Notes under the pieces: model-generated
The model's input: only the letters and a program-made list of their open reading frames with translations
Told to the model about the DNA's origin: nothing
Databases searched by the model: none
Shown: positions 38,533 to 48,569 of the stretch, piece after piece
Layout: each line of letters starts with the position of its first letter
Position numbering within the stretch: position 1 is the first letter of the stretch
Position numbers and translations under genes: made by a program
Origin: an uncultured Nitrososphaerota archaeon
GTDB taxonomy: Archaea; Thermoproteota; Nitrososphaeria; Nitrososphaerales; Gagatemarchaeaceae
Assembly: GCA_963838925.1 (NCBI GenBank)
Contig: CAWISW010000001.1
Span: 224,001 to 288,000 of the forward strand
Length of the DNA stretch: 64,000 nt
Direction of reading: 5' to 3'

Positions 38533-39789
38533 CTAGGGCCATATCCCTAGGGTGTTCATGGCGTCCGCGACCCTTCCCACTCCGACTATCAGCGCGCCCG
38601 TCCTCATGGAGACGCCCCTCGAGGTCGCCTCCTTGTAGACCTGTGAGAAGGCACCTGTCATCTTCGTCTCTAGCGTCTTGTTGACCTCTGCCTCCGTCCA
38701 CCTCAGCCTCTCCAGGTCCTGGACCCATTCCAGGTAGCTCACCATCACGCCCCCGGAATTTGCCAAGATGTCGGGCACCAGAAAGACCTTGTTCTTCTCG
38801 AGCACCTTGTCCGCCTCGGGCGTCGTCGGGCCGTTCGCGGCCTCGATTATCATCTTCGAGCGGATCCCCTTCGCAATGTCCTCGGTTATCACGTTCTCAA
38901 ACGCCCCTGGGCAGAGGACGTCGCACTCCGTCTCGAGCACCTCCTCGTTGGTGACCTGCTCCGAGCCCGGGAAGCCGACGACCGAGCCGGTCTTCTCCTT
39001 GTGCGCGAGCACCTTCCTTGCGTCCAGGCCCTTCCTGTTGTAGATGCCGCCCTTCGAGTCGCTCACCGCGACCATCTTCGCGCCTACCATCTCCTCCAGG
39101 ATCACGGCGTAGTTCGATCCCACGTTGCCGTATCCCTGCACGGCGAAGGACGCGCCCTTCAGCGCCAGTCGGTTGATTCTCGCCGCCTCCCGCGTGCAGA
39201 TGGCCGCGCCTCTCCCCGTGGCCGCGTCCCTGCCCAGGGATCCGCCCAGGGACACGGGCTTCCCGGTCACCACCGCCGGGACCATATGACCCTTCATCTG
39301 GCTGTACGTGTCGAGTATCCAAGCCATGGTCTGGGCGTTGGTGTACACGTCGGGCGCGGGGATGTCCACGTCGGGCCCAATCGCGTCTCCGAGCTCAGCG
39401 GTGTACCTGCGGGTGAGCCTCTCCAGCTCGCCCTGAGACATGTGCTTAGGGTCGCAGACGACTCCCCCCTTTGAACCTCCGAACGGGATGTCCGCTATGC
39501 TGCACTTCCAGGTCATCCACGCCGCCAGAGCCTTCACCTCGTCAAGCGAGACCTCGGGGTGGTACCTGATGCCGCCCTTGAAGGGCCCTCGCGCGTCGTT
39601 GTACTGCACCCTGTAGCCCTTGAACACCCTCACCTTCCCGTTGTCCATCCTGACGGGGAAGGCGACCCTGATGACCTTCATCGGCTCGCGCAGGCGCGCG
39701 TGCGTCCCTTCGTCCAACTCGAGGTAGGATGCGGCTATCTTGAGTTGCTCCATCGCGGTGTAGAAGGCGTTAGGCCTCTTCTGTGGCAA
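38533..39789 (-). CDS. gdhA: Glutamate dehydrogenase
   Basis: KGGIRYHP, GGSKGG, PAPDV, GYGNVG, EAANGP. Confidence 0.93.
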   Translation of the reverse strand: MPQKRPNAFYTAMEQLKIAASYLELDEGTHARLREPMKVIRVAFPVRMDNGKVRVFKGYRVQYNDARGPFKGGIRYHPEVSLDEVKALAAWMTWKCSIADIPFGGSKGGVVCDPKHMSQGELERLTRRYTAELGDAIGPDVDIPAPDVYTNAQTMAWILDTYSQMKGHMVPAVVTGKPVSLGGSLGRDAATGRGAAICTREAARINRLALKGASFAVQGYGNVGSNYAVILEEMVGAKMVAVSDSKGGIYNRKGLDARKVLAHKEKTGSVVGFPGSEQVTNEEVLETECDVLCPGAFENVITEDIAKGIRSKMIIEAANGPTTPEADKVLEKNKVFLVPDILANSGGVMVSYLEWVQDLERLRWTEAEVNKTLETKMTGAFSQVYKEATSRGVSMRTGALIVGVGRVADAMNTLGIWP

Positions 39790-39844
39790 TACGTCGAAGC
39801 CGAACCAGAGGATTGTATTTACAGCTTTCCGAGCCCGAAGGGCA

Positions 39845-40519
39845 TCAGAGCCGCATCGCCGTCCCGAGCTCCCTCAGCTTCGCGGGCCAGTCCTGCGCCT
39901 TCACGACGCTGCTCGCGACGAGGATCCCGTGCGTTCCTAGCTCTATGGCTGCGGCAACGTCGTCTCCTGAGACGATCCCGGCGCCGCAAAGGAGGCTTCC
40001 CTCGTAGCTCGCCGCGGAGAGCGCCTCGGCCGTCTCCGTCAGGAGCTCGGGCCTCGCCTTCGAGACCGCCCTCCCCGTCCCGATGAGCTCCGGAGGCTCG
40101 ATGGCGAGGAACTCCGGCTTGAAAGCCGCGATCTCGACCGCCTCATCGGTGGTCTCCGCGCAGGCGCAGCTCGTCAGCCCGATCTTCTTCATCCTCCCGA
40201 TGGTCTCCTCGAGTACGCCCATCGGAATCCTCGACTCGCTGTGGTTCAGGAGGGATCCTGCGCATCCCGCTGCCTTGATGGACTCTGGGATCGAGTGGCC
40301 CGTGCTCTTCCCCTGCTCTCCCAGCTCCGTCCTCTGCGCAAAGACCGGGATCTTCACGCTGGTGGCTATGGTGTGGAGCATCGGCGTGGGAGGCGCGACC
40401 ACGACGTCCAAGCCGAGCTCCCAGTTGAGCCCCGCGGCCGCCTTCGCTAGCCGGAGGGAGCCCTCTCCCATGACCTCGGCGTAGTTCTTGAAGTTCACTA
40501 TGAATGTCCGGGGTCGCAT
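39845..40519 (-). CDS. tpiA: Triosephosphate isomerase (archaeal type)
   Basis: NFKNY, NHSE, EPPELIG, GAGI. Confidence 0.93.
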   Translation of the reverse strand: MRPRTFIVNFKNYAEVMGEGSLRLAKAAAGLNWELGLDVVVAPPTPMLHTIATSVKIPVFAQRTELGEQGKSTGHSIPESIKAAGCAGSLLNHSESRIPMGVLEETIGRMKKIGLTSCACAETTDEAVEIAAFKPEFLAIEPPELIGTGRAVSKARPELLTETAEALSAASYEGSLLCGAGIVSGDDVAAAIELGTHGILVASSVVKAQDWPAKLRELGTAMRL

Positions 40520-40639
40520 CTGACTACAGTCCTCTGGCTCGCCGCGAGCAGGGTATAAACCGACTCCTAACCGCCTTCTTGCCGCTGGAGCGCTGAACTC
40601 CCAACGACCTGGGTTGGTGGGTGCCGCCGTCTTTCGAGT

Positions 40640-40723
40640 CTAGTCGTCTTCGGACTCCGTTTCCCATCCGTCGTCGTCCGAGTCCTCGTCGACCTCGTCG
40701 ACCTCTCCGTCCTCTGAAGACAT
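40640..40723 (-). CDS. Highly acidic 27-aa micropeptide
   Basis: MSSEDGEVDEVDEDSDDDGWETESEDD; host-like codons; cttaaaa TATA about 30 nt upstream. Confidence 0.45.
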   Translation of the reverse strand: MSSEDGEVDEVDEDSDDDGWETESEDD

Positions 40724-40835
40724 TTCGCGCGCAGCGCTTTTGGGTCGGCTTTTAAGGGTTGTCAGCCCACGACCGCCTTCGGGCCTGTCTCCCAGCCAAA
40801 CACCTTAACAGCGCCCCAAAACTGACCGCGGCGCG

Positions 40836-41450
40836 TTGACCGTAAGATGCCTCCAGGCCGGGCGCGAGTCGCTCGCCGAAGCCGCACGCATGATCAGGGA
40901 AGGGGGCGTGGTCGCGATCCCGACCGACACCGTCTACGGGCTCGCCTGCGACCCCAAGAGCGACAAGGCCGTCGGGAGGCTCTTCGAGGTCAAGGACAGG
41001 CAGGCGAAGCCGGTCCCCGTGCTCTGCGCCGATGCGAGTGTGGCTCAAGGGCTCGTGGAACTCAACAAGGCCGCAAGGGGGCTCGCGGAGCTCCACTGGC
41101 CTGGGGCACTCACCATCGTCGCCCCACTCAAGAGAGGGAGCAAGCTCTCGCCCCTGCTCCACCAGGGGAGCGGCTACCTCGGCGTGAGGGTGCCCGACAG
41201 CGAGGTCTGCGTCGAGCTCGCGGGGATGGTGGGGGGCGCGGTCACTGGGACGAGCGCGAACCTCTCGGGGAGCCCCTCGTGCAGGACTGCCGCTCAGGTC
41301 GTTGCCGCGCTCGACGGTAGGGTGCAGCTCGTGATAGACGGCGGGGCGCTCCGTGGGAAGGAGTCCACCGTCGTCAGAGTCTCGGGAGAGACTATCGAGG
41401 TTTTAAGGGAGGGTTCGGTCAGGATTCAGGAGGGTGAGCTGAGACCTTGA
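40836..41450 (+). CDS. Threonylcarbamoyl-AMP synthase (TsaC/Sua5)
   Basis: PTDTVYGL, K.R, WPGALT, TSAN.SG. Confidence 0.92.
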   Translation: MTVRCLQAGRESLAEAARMIREGGVVAIPTDTVYGLACDPKSDKAVGRLFEVKDRQAKPVPVLCADASVAQGLVELNKAARGLAELHWPGALTIVAPLKRGSKLSPLLHQGSGYLGVRVPDSEVCVELAGMVGGAVTGTSANLSGSPSCRTAAQVVAALDGRVQLVIDGGALRGKESTVVRVSGETIEVLREGSVRIQEGELRP

Positions 41451-41959
41451 ACCTGCTCCTGACCTCCCAGAAGGGGAGCGAGGCCAAAGCTTCCGCCGAG
41501 TTCAAGGAGATCGCGCTGCAGCGGGGCCATCGCAAGCTCCACATCGAGAAGGCGGGCTTCGACGGCATCCTCGAGATAGAGATCGAGAACTCGAGGGACT
41601 TCATCGCCTTCATGCGCGACTACGTGAGGTCTGAGCCTTTCAGGGTCCACTTCATCCAGAGGCTGATCCCGGTGGACGTCGTGGTCGACACCAACCTCGA
41701 GCAGATCAGAGAGGCGGCGACCCAAATCGCTCCGCAGGTCCTTCAGGGAGAGTCGTTCAAGATCGACATCACCGAGAGGGACTCTCCCGTCTCGAGGAAG
41801 GAGCTGATAGACACCATCGCCGAGGTCGTCGACAGGAAGGTCAACCTGAACTCCCCGGACAAGGTGTTCAACGTCGAGGTCTTGGGCGAGTACACCGCGA
41901 TGTCCGTCGTGAGGCCTGACGAGATACTGAGCATCACGAAGCTGAAGCGCTCTTCCTAG
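41447..41959 (+). CDS. THUMP-domain protein
   Basis: R.IPVD, FKI, VNLNSPD. Confidence 0.85.
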   Translation: MNLLLTSQKGSEAKASAEFKEIALQRGHRKLHIEKAGFDGILEIEIENSRDFIAFMRDYVRSEPFRVHFIQRLIPVDVVVDTNLEQIREAATQIAPQVLQGESFKIDITERDSPVSRKELIDTIAEVVDRKVNLNSPDKVFNVEVLGEYTAMSVVRPDEILSITKLKRSS

Positions 41960-42426
41960 AGCCTCACGGAAAGGAGCGCCGCCCGCTCCACCTGGTCCAG
42001 GTCACCCTCCGCGGGCCTCCTGTCTGGAACCTCTGAGAACCTCGTGTCCTTCGCCAGCCTCCTGCTTACGCGAAGCAGCGGCGTGCGGCTCCCTTCCGAC
42101 GCCGCGACCAAGAACAGCCTCACCCCCTTCGACTTGTAGCCCACCCGCCTGAACGCTTCGCCTATCTGCCGGGTCCCTGCGAGGCGCAGGAGCAGGTCGA
42201 GCTCCGGCCGCTCTGCGAGGGTCGCGCCGGAGCGCGCGGCCGTCAGCGTCTGAGCGGCGATCATCTCCACCGCGCCGGTGTTGGGCACTCTGCGAGAGCT
42301 GAAGACCTGGACGATGGCTCCGGGACACTGCTCCCTCACTTCGGCGAGGAGCGCCTCGACCTCGTCCGGCTCGACGGCCGCCTCCCAGCACGCGCAGTGA
42401 ACGGGTCTCTCCAGGCCAGTCGGCAG
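41956..42426 (-). CDS. cgi121: KEOPS complex subunit Cgi121
   Basis: ELDLLLRLAGTRQIGEA motif; frame extends to a CTG preceded by GGAGGGTGA. Confidence 0.8.
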   Translation of the reverse strand: MPTGLERPVHCACWEAAVEPDEVEALLAEVREQCPGAIVQVFSSRRVPNTGAVEMIAAQTLTAARSGATLAERPELDLLLRLAGTRQIGEAFRRVGYKSKGVRLFLVAASEGSRTPLLRVSRRLAKDTRFSEVPDRRPAEGDLDQVERAALLSVRL

Positions 42427-42432
42427 CGCCCA

Positions 42433-42696
42433 TCACCCTCCGTGCGAGAACGGCACCAGCAGCAGAGAGTCGCCGTCGCTCAGGCGCCTGTCCTTCTGCG
42501 CCGACGCGGAGAAGACCTCGCCTTCGTTGAGGACGAGCAAGGTGTTGTACTTTGTGAATCCGTGGTCGACCTGTGCGGGCCGGCTCGATAGGAGGAGCCC
42601 GAAGAGCTCGTCGACGCTGATCGCGTCGCCGGGCACGTCCATCTTCTCGGCGCCCATGCTAGTCTTGATGTGTCCGAGGAACTTCAGGTGGATCAT
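42433..42696 (-). CDS. Ubiquitin-like sulfur carrier (SAMP/MoaD)
   Basis: C-terminal LSDGD..LLVPFSHGG. Confidence 0.85.
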   Translation of the reverse strand: MIHLKFLGHIKTSMGAEKMDVPGDAISVDELFGLLLSSRPAQVDHGFTKYNTLLVLNEGEVFSASAQKDRRLSDGDSLLLVPFSHGG

Positions 42697-42769
42697 CGTG
42701 ACCGATGCGCCGCACGCGAGCTGCAGTCGTTTTATCGTTTCCGGAGTGGTCACGCGCTCTGAGCGCGGG

Positions 42770-43024
42770 TCAGGCTGTCTCGCCCTGGGCCTCTGCGGCC
42801 TGGGCGACCTGCTCGACGGGCTGGCCTGCCGCCGCCGCCTCCTCGCTCTCGGCGCTCGCTGCGATCATCGCCTTTGTAATCTTGCCCACGAGCTTGTTCC
42901 TGATCATCTTCGAGTGGACGGTCGCGATCTTCGCGAGCTGGGCCTTGTTAGCAGTATAGTCAGTGCCGAACATCCCTGGGTACTTTACCAGGATCTCCTG
43001 CGAGAGCCTGCGGACTCGATCCAT
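42770..43024 (-). CDS. rps17e: 30S ribosomal protein S17e
   Basis: F..DY..NK and SKMIRNKLVGKIT. Confidence 0.88.
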   Translation of the reverse strand: MDRVRRLSQEILVKYPGMFGTDYTANKAQLAKIATVHSKMIRNKLVGKITKAMIAASAESEEAAAAGQPVEQVAQAAEAQGETA

Positions 43025-43061
43025 GTCTTGAGGGAGCCCCCGCGAGGGTGGAGATAACCTT

Positions 43062-43830
43062 TCACCTCAGAAACCTCTCCGAATTGGCCGAGATCTGGAT
43101 GGCCGCCTCTTCCAGGCTCTTGCCCCAGAGCTCCGCGAGCTTGAAGGCGACGCTGGGAACCAGCCCGGGACCCCCCGCGCCTCCCAGCGCAGCGAAGGGG
43201 ACCGGCCACGTCGCTCTCGACGAGGACGGACTCGGGGGGGAGCCTCCTTGCCATCCTCAGGAGCTTCTTCGAGTAGAGGAGCGCGGGGCCGAAGGACACG
43301 AAGTAGTTCGCGCGCGAGACGACGCGCTCTAGGTGCTCCTCGCCCTCGAACCAGTGCATGAGAACGGAGCGCGGGGAGTGGCCATCGAGGAGGTCTAGGC
43401 ACGCCTGCTCGGCGCCTCTAGAATGCACCTCCAGGGGCTTGCGAAGGCGCGACGCCGCCTCCACTTGCCCCCTGAAGAGCTTCATCTGGGCGCTTTCCCT
43501 CGAGACCTCGGAGTACTTGGGGTCGAGGCCGACCTCTCCGACGCCGTCCGCCCGCTCCCACAGCGGGGCGAGCCGCTCAAGAGCCGCGGGAGCATTCTCA
43601 GCCTCCGAGGGGTGGACGCCGATGAACGCCCTTACCGCCGAAGGGTTCTCTTCTCGGAGGCTCAGGTTCAGCGCCCCCTCGGCAGGGGCGACAGTCACCG
43701 AGACGAGCCTGATCCCCCTGCTCCGGGCGTCACGGACTACCTCTCTCGGGTCGGGGTATGCGGGGAGGTGGACGTGGGAGTCCCAGAGGGGCGCGAGCTC
43801 GCCGGATGCCAACGCCCTAAGACGCCGCAT
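43062..43830 (-). CDS. tatD: TatD family nuclease, apparent 1-nt frameshift near 43209
   Basis: DSHVH, GVHP, GEVGLD, HSR, ESD; removing one base restores ESDGP...ISANSERFLR stop. Confidence 0.85.
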
Positions 43831-44008
43831 AGGCCTGATATATCCATTGTAAGGTTGATTTCGTGGTATTAGGCTTCAAAGCCACGTTCTACTGCCGCCA
43901 CGCTTCCAATCGCCGCGAAGACCGCGAGAGAATGCTATCAGAGCAAGGTTGCAAACATTTTAGACCAAACGTTTAATAATTAACCGCGTATTACTCAAAA
44001 CAGTCAGC

Positions 44009-44233
44009 ATGTCCGAGTCTGAGTTTGGGTTGGCCGCGGTGTACCGCCTCATAAAGAAGGCCGGTGCAGAGCGGGTGGGGGACGACGCGGCCATAGAACT
44101 CCGCATCGTGCTTGAGGAGGTCGGGCTCCAGATCGCGAGACAGGCGACGGAGTTCGCGAAGCACGCGGGCAGGAAGACCGTGAAGCCCTCTGACGTGAAG
44201 CTCGCGGCCAAGGCCGTTCTGAAGACCGCTTAG
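44009..44233 (+). CDS. Archaeal histone
   Basis: [11 protein letters not shown] and [14 protein letters not shown]. Confidence 0.95.
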   Translation: MSESEFGLAAVYRLIKKAGAERVGDDAAIELRIVLEEVGLQIARQATEFAKHAGRKTVKPSDVKLAAKAVLKTA

Positions 44234-44275
44234 TATACCAGCTTTTAATCCGGCTCCGATGGCCCGCTCGCATGG

Positions 44276-44353
44276 GCCCCGGTAGTGTAGTCCGGTCAAG
44301 CATGTTACCCTCTCGAGGTAGCGACCTGGGTTCAAATCCCGGCCGGGGCACCA
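44276..44353 (+). tRNA. tRNA-Glu(CTC), CCA encoded
   Basis: GCCCCGG acceptor stem, TTACC CT CTC GA GGTAG, GGTTCAAATCC. Confidence 0.93.
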
Positions 44354-44396
44354 TTCACGCTTCCTGCGCAGAGCCGCGGGGGTCGGAGCTGGAGAG

Positions 44397-45365
44397 TTGG
44401 AAGGCCGAATAGTAGGCGTATTCGGGACCGACGCGGCCGCGAAGGCGGGACTCCTCGGCCCGATCACGAAGAAGAGCGAGGCCGAGGGGACGCTCGTCGT
44501 CCACCGCAGGGTCGAGGGAGGCGTCAACTACTCGTTCCTCGAGGACGCCCAGTTCCCTGAGAAGATCCAGGGGTACTCTCGCATCGCTTCGTTCTCGGAC
44601 TACGCGCTCTACGTCCTCCCGAAGTTCGGGAAGATATCCCCGCCCGACGGGGAGCTCGCCGTCACCCTCGACGCCTTCGGCTTGGACGGCGCCATACTGG
44701 CCGTCGACGAGGAGCCGCCCTCGGGCATAGGGTCCTACTTCAAGGGCACGCGGCTCGAGACCTTCGGAGCCAGCAGCAGGAGCTCTCATTCCTCGGTGAT
44801 TGACCTGGCCGCCGTCAAGTCGGGCCCGAACGTCCCGCCGAAGGGCACGCTGGTCTACATCGACCGCGCCTTCAGCGTGAAGGGCGTCGGCGTCGTCGTC
44901 CTGGGGTTCGTCCTCGGAGGGAAGATCAGCGTTCACGACGAGCTGCGCCTCATCCCTCAAGTCGAGGGCAAGAGGGCGGAGGTCAGGGGGATACAGGTGA
45001 GCGACGAGGACCAGGAGAGCGTGGGGAGGGGGCTCAGGGTGGGCCTCTCGCTCAAGGGCGTGGAGCTGAAGGACCTTGACAAGGTCTCGTGGATGGACGA
45101 CGGGAGCTTCGACGTCAAGGACCACGTCCCGTTCGAGTTCAGGCAGAGCAGGTTCTACAAGCAGGGAGTGGACGGGCGCGACCTCCACCTCCAGCTCCCT
45201 GGCGAGATCCTCACGTGCAAGCTCAAGGCCGACAGCCCTGGCGGGACCTCGGTCACAGCTTCCCTTCCCTCGGGCGCCCCCTTCTGGGAGGGGATGAGGG
45301 TCAGCGTGGTCGACCTCAACGGCAAGGGCCTGCGCGTCGCGGGCGGCGGCACGTGCCGCGCGTGA
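44397..45365 (+). CDS. SelB/EF-Tu-like protein with degenerate GTPase domain
   Basis: IDRAFSVKGVGVVVLG and G.RVGL domain-II motifs; no intact P-loop. Confidence 0.75.
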   Translation: MEGRIVGVFGTDAAAKAGLLGPITKKSEAEGTLVVHRRVEGGVNYSFLEDAQFPEKIQGYSRIASFSDYALYVLPKFGKISPPDGELAVTLDAFGLDGAILAVDEEPPSGIGSYFKGTRLETFGASSRSSHSSVIDLAAVKSGPNVPPKGTLVYIDRAFSVKGVGVVVLGFVLGGKISVHDELRLIPQVEGKRAEVRGIQVSDEDQESVGRGLRVGLSLKGVELKDLDKVSWMDDGSFDVKDHVPFEFRQSRFYKQGVDGRDLHLQLPGEILTCKLKADSPGGTSVTASLPSGAPFWEGMRVSVVDLNGKGLRVAGGGTCRA

Positions 45366-45409
45366 TCTTGAACAACGATTATAGCCCGGCACCAACGGTT
45401 TCCTCTGAA

Positions 45410-45958
45410 GTGTCTTCTTCAAAGTCAGAGGTGATCACCTTCGGCGGAGGCTGCTTCTGGTGCCTCGACGCGGTCTTCACCGACATGAAGGGCGTCGAGC
45501 AGGTGCTCTCGGGCTACTCGGGGGGCACTGTGGCGAACCCCAGCTACGACGACGTCTGCACCGGCGAGACGGGGCACGCGGAGGTCGTCCAGCTCACGTT
45601 CGACCCCGGGGTCGTCTCGCTTCGCGAGCTCCTGAAGGTCTTCTTCACCCTCCACGACCCGACGACAAAGGACAGGCAGGGGAACGACGCGGGGACGCAG
45701 TACCGCTCGGTCATACTATACAGGGACGCCGCCCAGAAGGCCGCAGCAGAGGAAGTGATGAAGGAGATCGACGCGTCCAAGGTCTGGGGCGCCAAGGCCG
45801 TCACCCAGATCCAGCCGTTCAAGGCATTCTACAAGGCCGAGGACTACCACCAGGGCTACTACAGAAGGAACCCGATGCAGCCGTACTGCCAGGTCGTCAT
45901 ACGTCCCAAGGTCGCGAAGCTGAGGAAGTCGTACCTCGGGATGCTGAAGGCCTCCTGA
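45410..45958 (+). CDS. msrA: Peptide methionine sulfoxide reductase A
   Basis: GGGCFWC, TGHAE, QYRS, AEDYHQ. Confidence 0.95.
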   Translation: MSSSKSEVITFGGGCFWCLDAVFTDMKGVEQVLSGYSGGTVANPSYDDVCTGETGHAEVVQLTFDPGVVSLRELLKVFFTLHDPTTKDRQGNDAGTQYRSVILYRDAAQKAAAEEVMKEIDASKVWGAKAVTQIQPFKAFYKAEDYHQGYYRRNPMQPYCQVVIRPKVAKLRKSYLGMLKAS

Positions 45959-46011
45959 CCCTGCTCGAGCCCCGCAACACCCCTTTTACGCCCGCGCGCA
46001 GCCGACCGGCC

Positions 46012-46575
46012 GTGCGCGGCATCGTAGGCATATCGGGTACTCCTGGGACGGGCAAGAAGACAGTCGCCCCGAAGGTCGCCGAGCTCCTGGACCTGCCCCC
46101 GCCGGTATCAATCAACTCGCTCGCGCCGAAAGGGACGTCGGACGTCGACCCGGCCAAGCTGAGGAGCCGCCTGCTGAGGATGAGGCCGGCTCGGGTCGTG
46201 GTCTTCGGGCACCTCCTGCCCCACGTGCTAAGAAAGCCCGAGGTGGCGCTCGTCGCCGTGCTGAGGTGCGAGCCCTCCGTGCTGAGGGCCAGGCTCGAGC
46301 GAAGGGGGTATCCATCCGGCAAGGTCACGCAGAACGTCGAGGCGGAGCTCATCGGAGTCGTCCTCGACGAGTGCGTGTTCAGGTTCGGAAGGGACCTCGT
46401 GCGCGAGTATGACACGACGACCGCTCCCCCCGAGAAGGTCGCGAAGGCCATCGCGAAGGACGCCAAGAAGCCGGGGCGCCCGCCGCGCTCCTGGATAGAC
46501 TGGACGCTCGGCTACGACTCTTCAAGCAAGTTGAGGTCTCTCCTCACCGGCGGCGAGCCTCCCGCCTCGACCTGA
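46012..46575 (+). CDS. Adenylate kinase 6 / Fap7-like NTPase
   Basis: GTPGTGK, FGH, LRC, RGY...K..QN.EAE. Confidence 0.85.
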   Translation: MRGIVGISGTPGTGKKTVAPKVAELLDLPPPVSINSLAPKGTSDVDPAKLRSRLLRMRPARVVVFGHLLPHVLRKPEVALVAVLRCEPSVLRARLERRGYPSGKVTQNVEAELIGVVLDECVFRFGRDLVREYDTTTAPPEKVAKAIAKDAKKPGRPPRSWIDWTLGYDSSSKLRSLLTGGEPPAST

Positions 46576-48294
46576 ACGAGGAGCGGCTTTTGGAGCCTGG
46601 TGAGGCTCACCACGGCCTCCCCGACTCCGAGTGTGGAGACGTACGCGAGCTGCTCCTGGGTGAGGTTCAGCGAGTCGCGCACCAGCCTGAGGTCCTCCGC
46701 CCACGCGACCCTGTGGATTATCCTCACCCCGGAGTTCTTCACCACCTCAGAAGCCACCTGGCTTGGGAACTGCGCCACGAAGAGCATCGACTCCCCGAAC
46801 TTCCTCAGCTCCGATATCATCCTCTCCCCCACGCTCGGCGGGTCCTCCTCCCTCCTCACGGGCGCGACGTTCCTCGCCTCCTCGATCATCATGAGGTGCT
46901 CCATCCTCACCTTCCTCGCCAGCCTCATCTCATAGACCAGCTTCATGAGGATGTCCGCGAAGACGCCCCTCGAGAGCGTCTCCCTGATGTGCCCCAGCTC
47001 GACGCAGAGCACCTTGTCGAGCAGCTCGTCGACCGTGTGGCTCGAGGGCGAGTTGAATGCCCGGCCCGACGTGGCCCTGCGTGAGGGGCACGAGCCTCCT
47101 CAGCAGGGCGACCTTCGTCTCGTTGTCGTACGCGGACCTCAGGGGGTAGCTCTCGATCGTGCTCACAAGCGAGGCGAGCGTCGGGACCTCCCTCTCCGGC
47201 GCCTCGGAAAGGCACCGCTGGAGGGCGTTCCTGAACATGTACGCCTGGGGGTGGGTGAAGTGGTACGTGTCAGAGAAGATGTCGGTGACCATCTCAACGT
47301 GCTCGGAGGGCTCGGCGGCCGGACCCATGTCCATAGGGTTGATGGCGAAGTCGTCCTTGCCCGGCGAGAGCACCTGCCCCCCGACCGAGCGCACGAGGTC
47401 CGCGTGCTCGTTGTGCCAGTCGAGCACCATCACCGGGAGGCCCATCGCCGCGACCTGCCGCACTATCACCCCCGCGGTCGTGGACTTGCCGGAGCCCGTC
47501 ATCCCCATCAGGGTGACGTGCCTCCTGAGGTCCTCGAGCTGCAGCCTGAACTCGTGGGAAGTCCCCGACCGCGACTTTACCCTGCCGAGGAGGATCCCCT
47601 CCCCGCGCTCTCCGGACTCCTTTGAGTTCGGGATGTAAAAGTCGGGCGACGCGCTCGCGGGCGCCACGTTGGGCCCGTGCCCCTCGAAGGACTCGAGCGT
47701 GCTGAGCGTCGCGGAGTCTGCCACCTGCCTGAGCTTGGGCTCCGAGGGCAGCAGGAGCGCCTGCGCGAACCCCACCAGCTCGTTCCTCGTGAGGCGCCTC
47801 ACGGACGAGTTGGGGAGCCCGACCGAGAGCGTGGCCGCGAGGGTCGATGCGTTCTGCTCGCACTCGGTCTTCGCCGCCTGCATCTCCTTCCCCCTCGCGT
47901 CGACCCACGTCCCCACCACGAGGTCGAACTCGAAGATCTGGTTCTCCTCTTCCTCGTCCTGGTTCGACGGCTTGACCATCATCGTGTAGAGGAACGGGAT
48001 CTTCGCCCTGTGGAGCCCGTCGAGGAGCCCCTTCATCCGCTGGTGCTGGAGCGTGATCCTCACCGCCGCCGAGTAGTCCAGCTTCGACTCCTCTAGGGAG
48101 TCGGACAGGTGCACCCTGAGCAGGGAGAACGTCCGGTGGCTGTTAGACCTCGTCGTCACGAGATACCTCCCTTCGACCACGTCGACCGAGTCGAGCTTGA
48201 GCGGGACGCTGCTGGCGAGCCTCCATTTGAGGCGGGAGAGGAGGTTTCCCGCCCCCCTCCCCAGGCCATTGACCGCGTCTTCCTCGGCGACCAT
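46512..48294 (-). CDS. HerA/VirB4-like P-loop ATPase, apparent 1-nt frameshift near 47065
   Basis: HVTLMGMTGSGKS, LDWHNEH, then in the next frame IEEA, ELRKFG, AQFP. Confidence 0.82.
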
Positions 48295-48305
48295 GGTCCG
48301 CGGGA

Positions 48306-48524
48306 TCACCAGTGGAAGGCGGAGCTGAAAAGGTCGTTCAGGCTTGAGGAGATGGACGTCCAGATGTTCGACGTGAGGCTCCCGGCCTGCTTCAGGATGG
48401 TGTCCACGCCTCCCACGAGCAGGGAGAGCGCCACCAGCGCGACCGATAGCAGGAGGGCCTCCTCGATGAGCTGCGCCGCAGCCCTGTTCTTTCTCAACCT
48501 TGGGATTATCCTTTCGATGATCAT
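48306..48524 (-). CDS. Flp-like major pilin candidate
   Basis: Basic leader RKNR, then AAAQLIEE and a hydrophobic helix (class III signal-like). Confidence 0.65.
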   Translation of the reverse strand: MIIERIIPRLRKNRAAAQLIEEALLLSVALVALSLLVGGVDTILKQAGSLTSNIWTSISSSLNDLFSSAFHW

Positions 48525-48569
48525 TGCGGAGATACTCCGGCGTTTTATTTAACCTCCCACGGTGGCACC

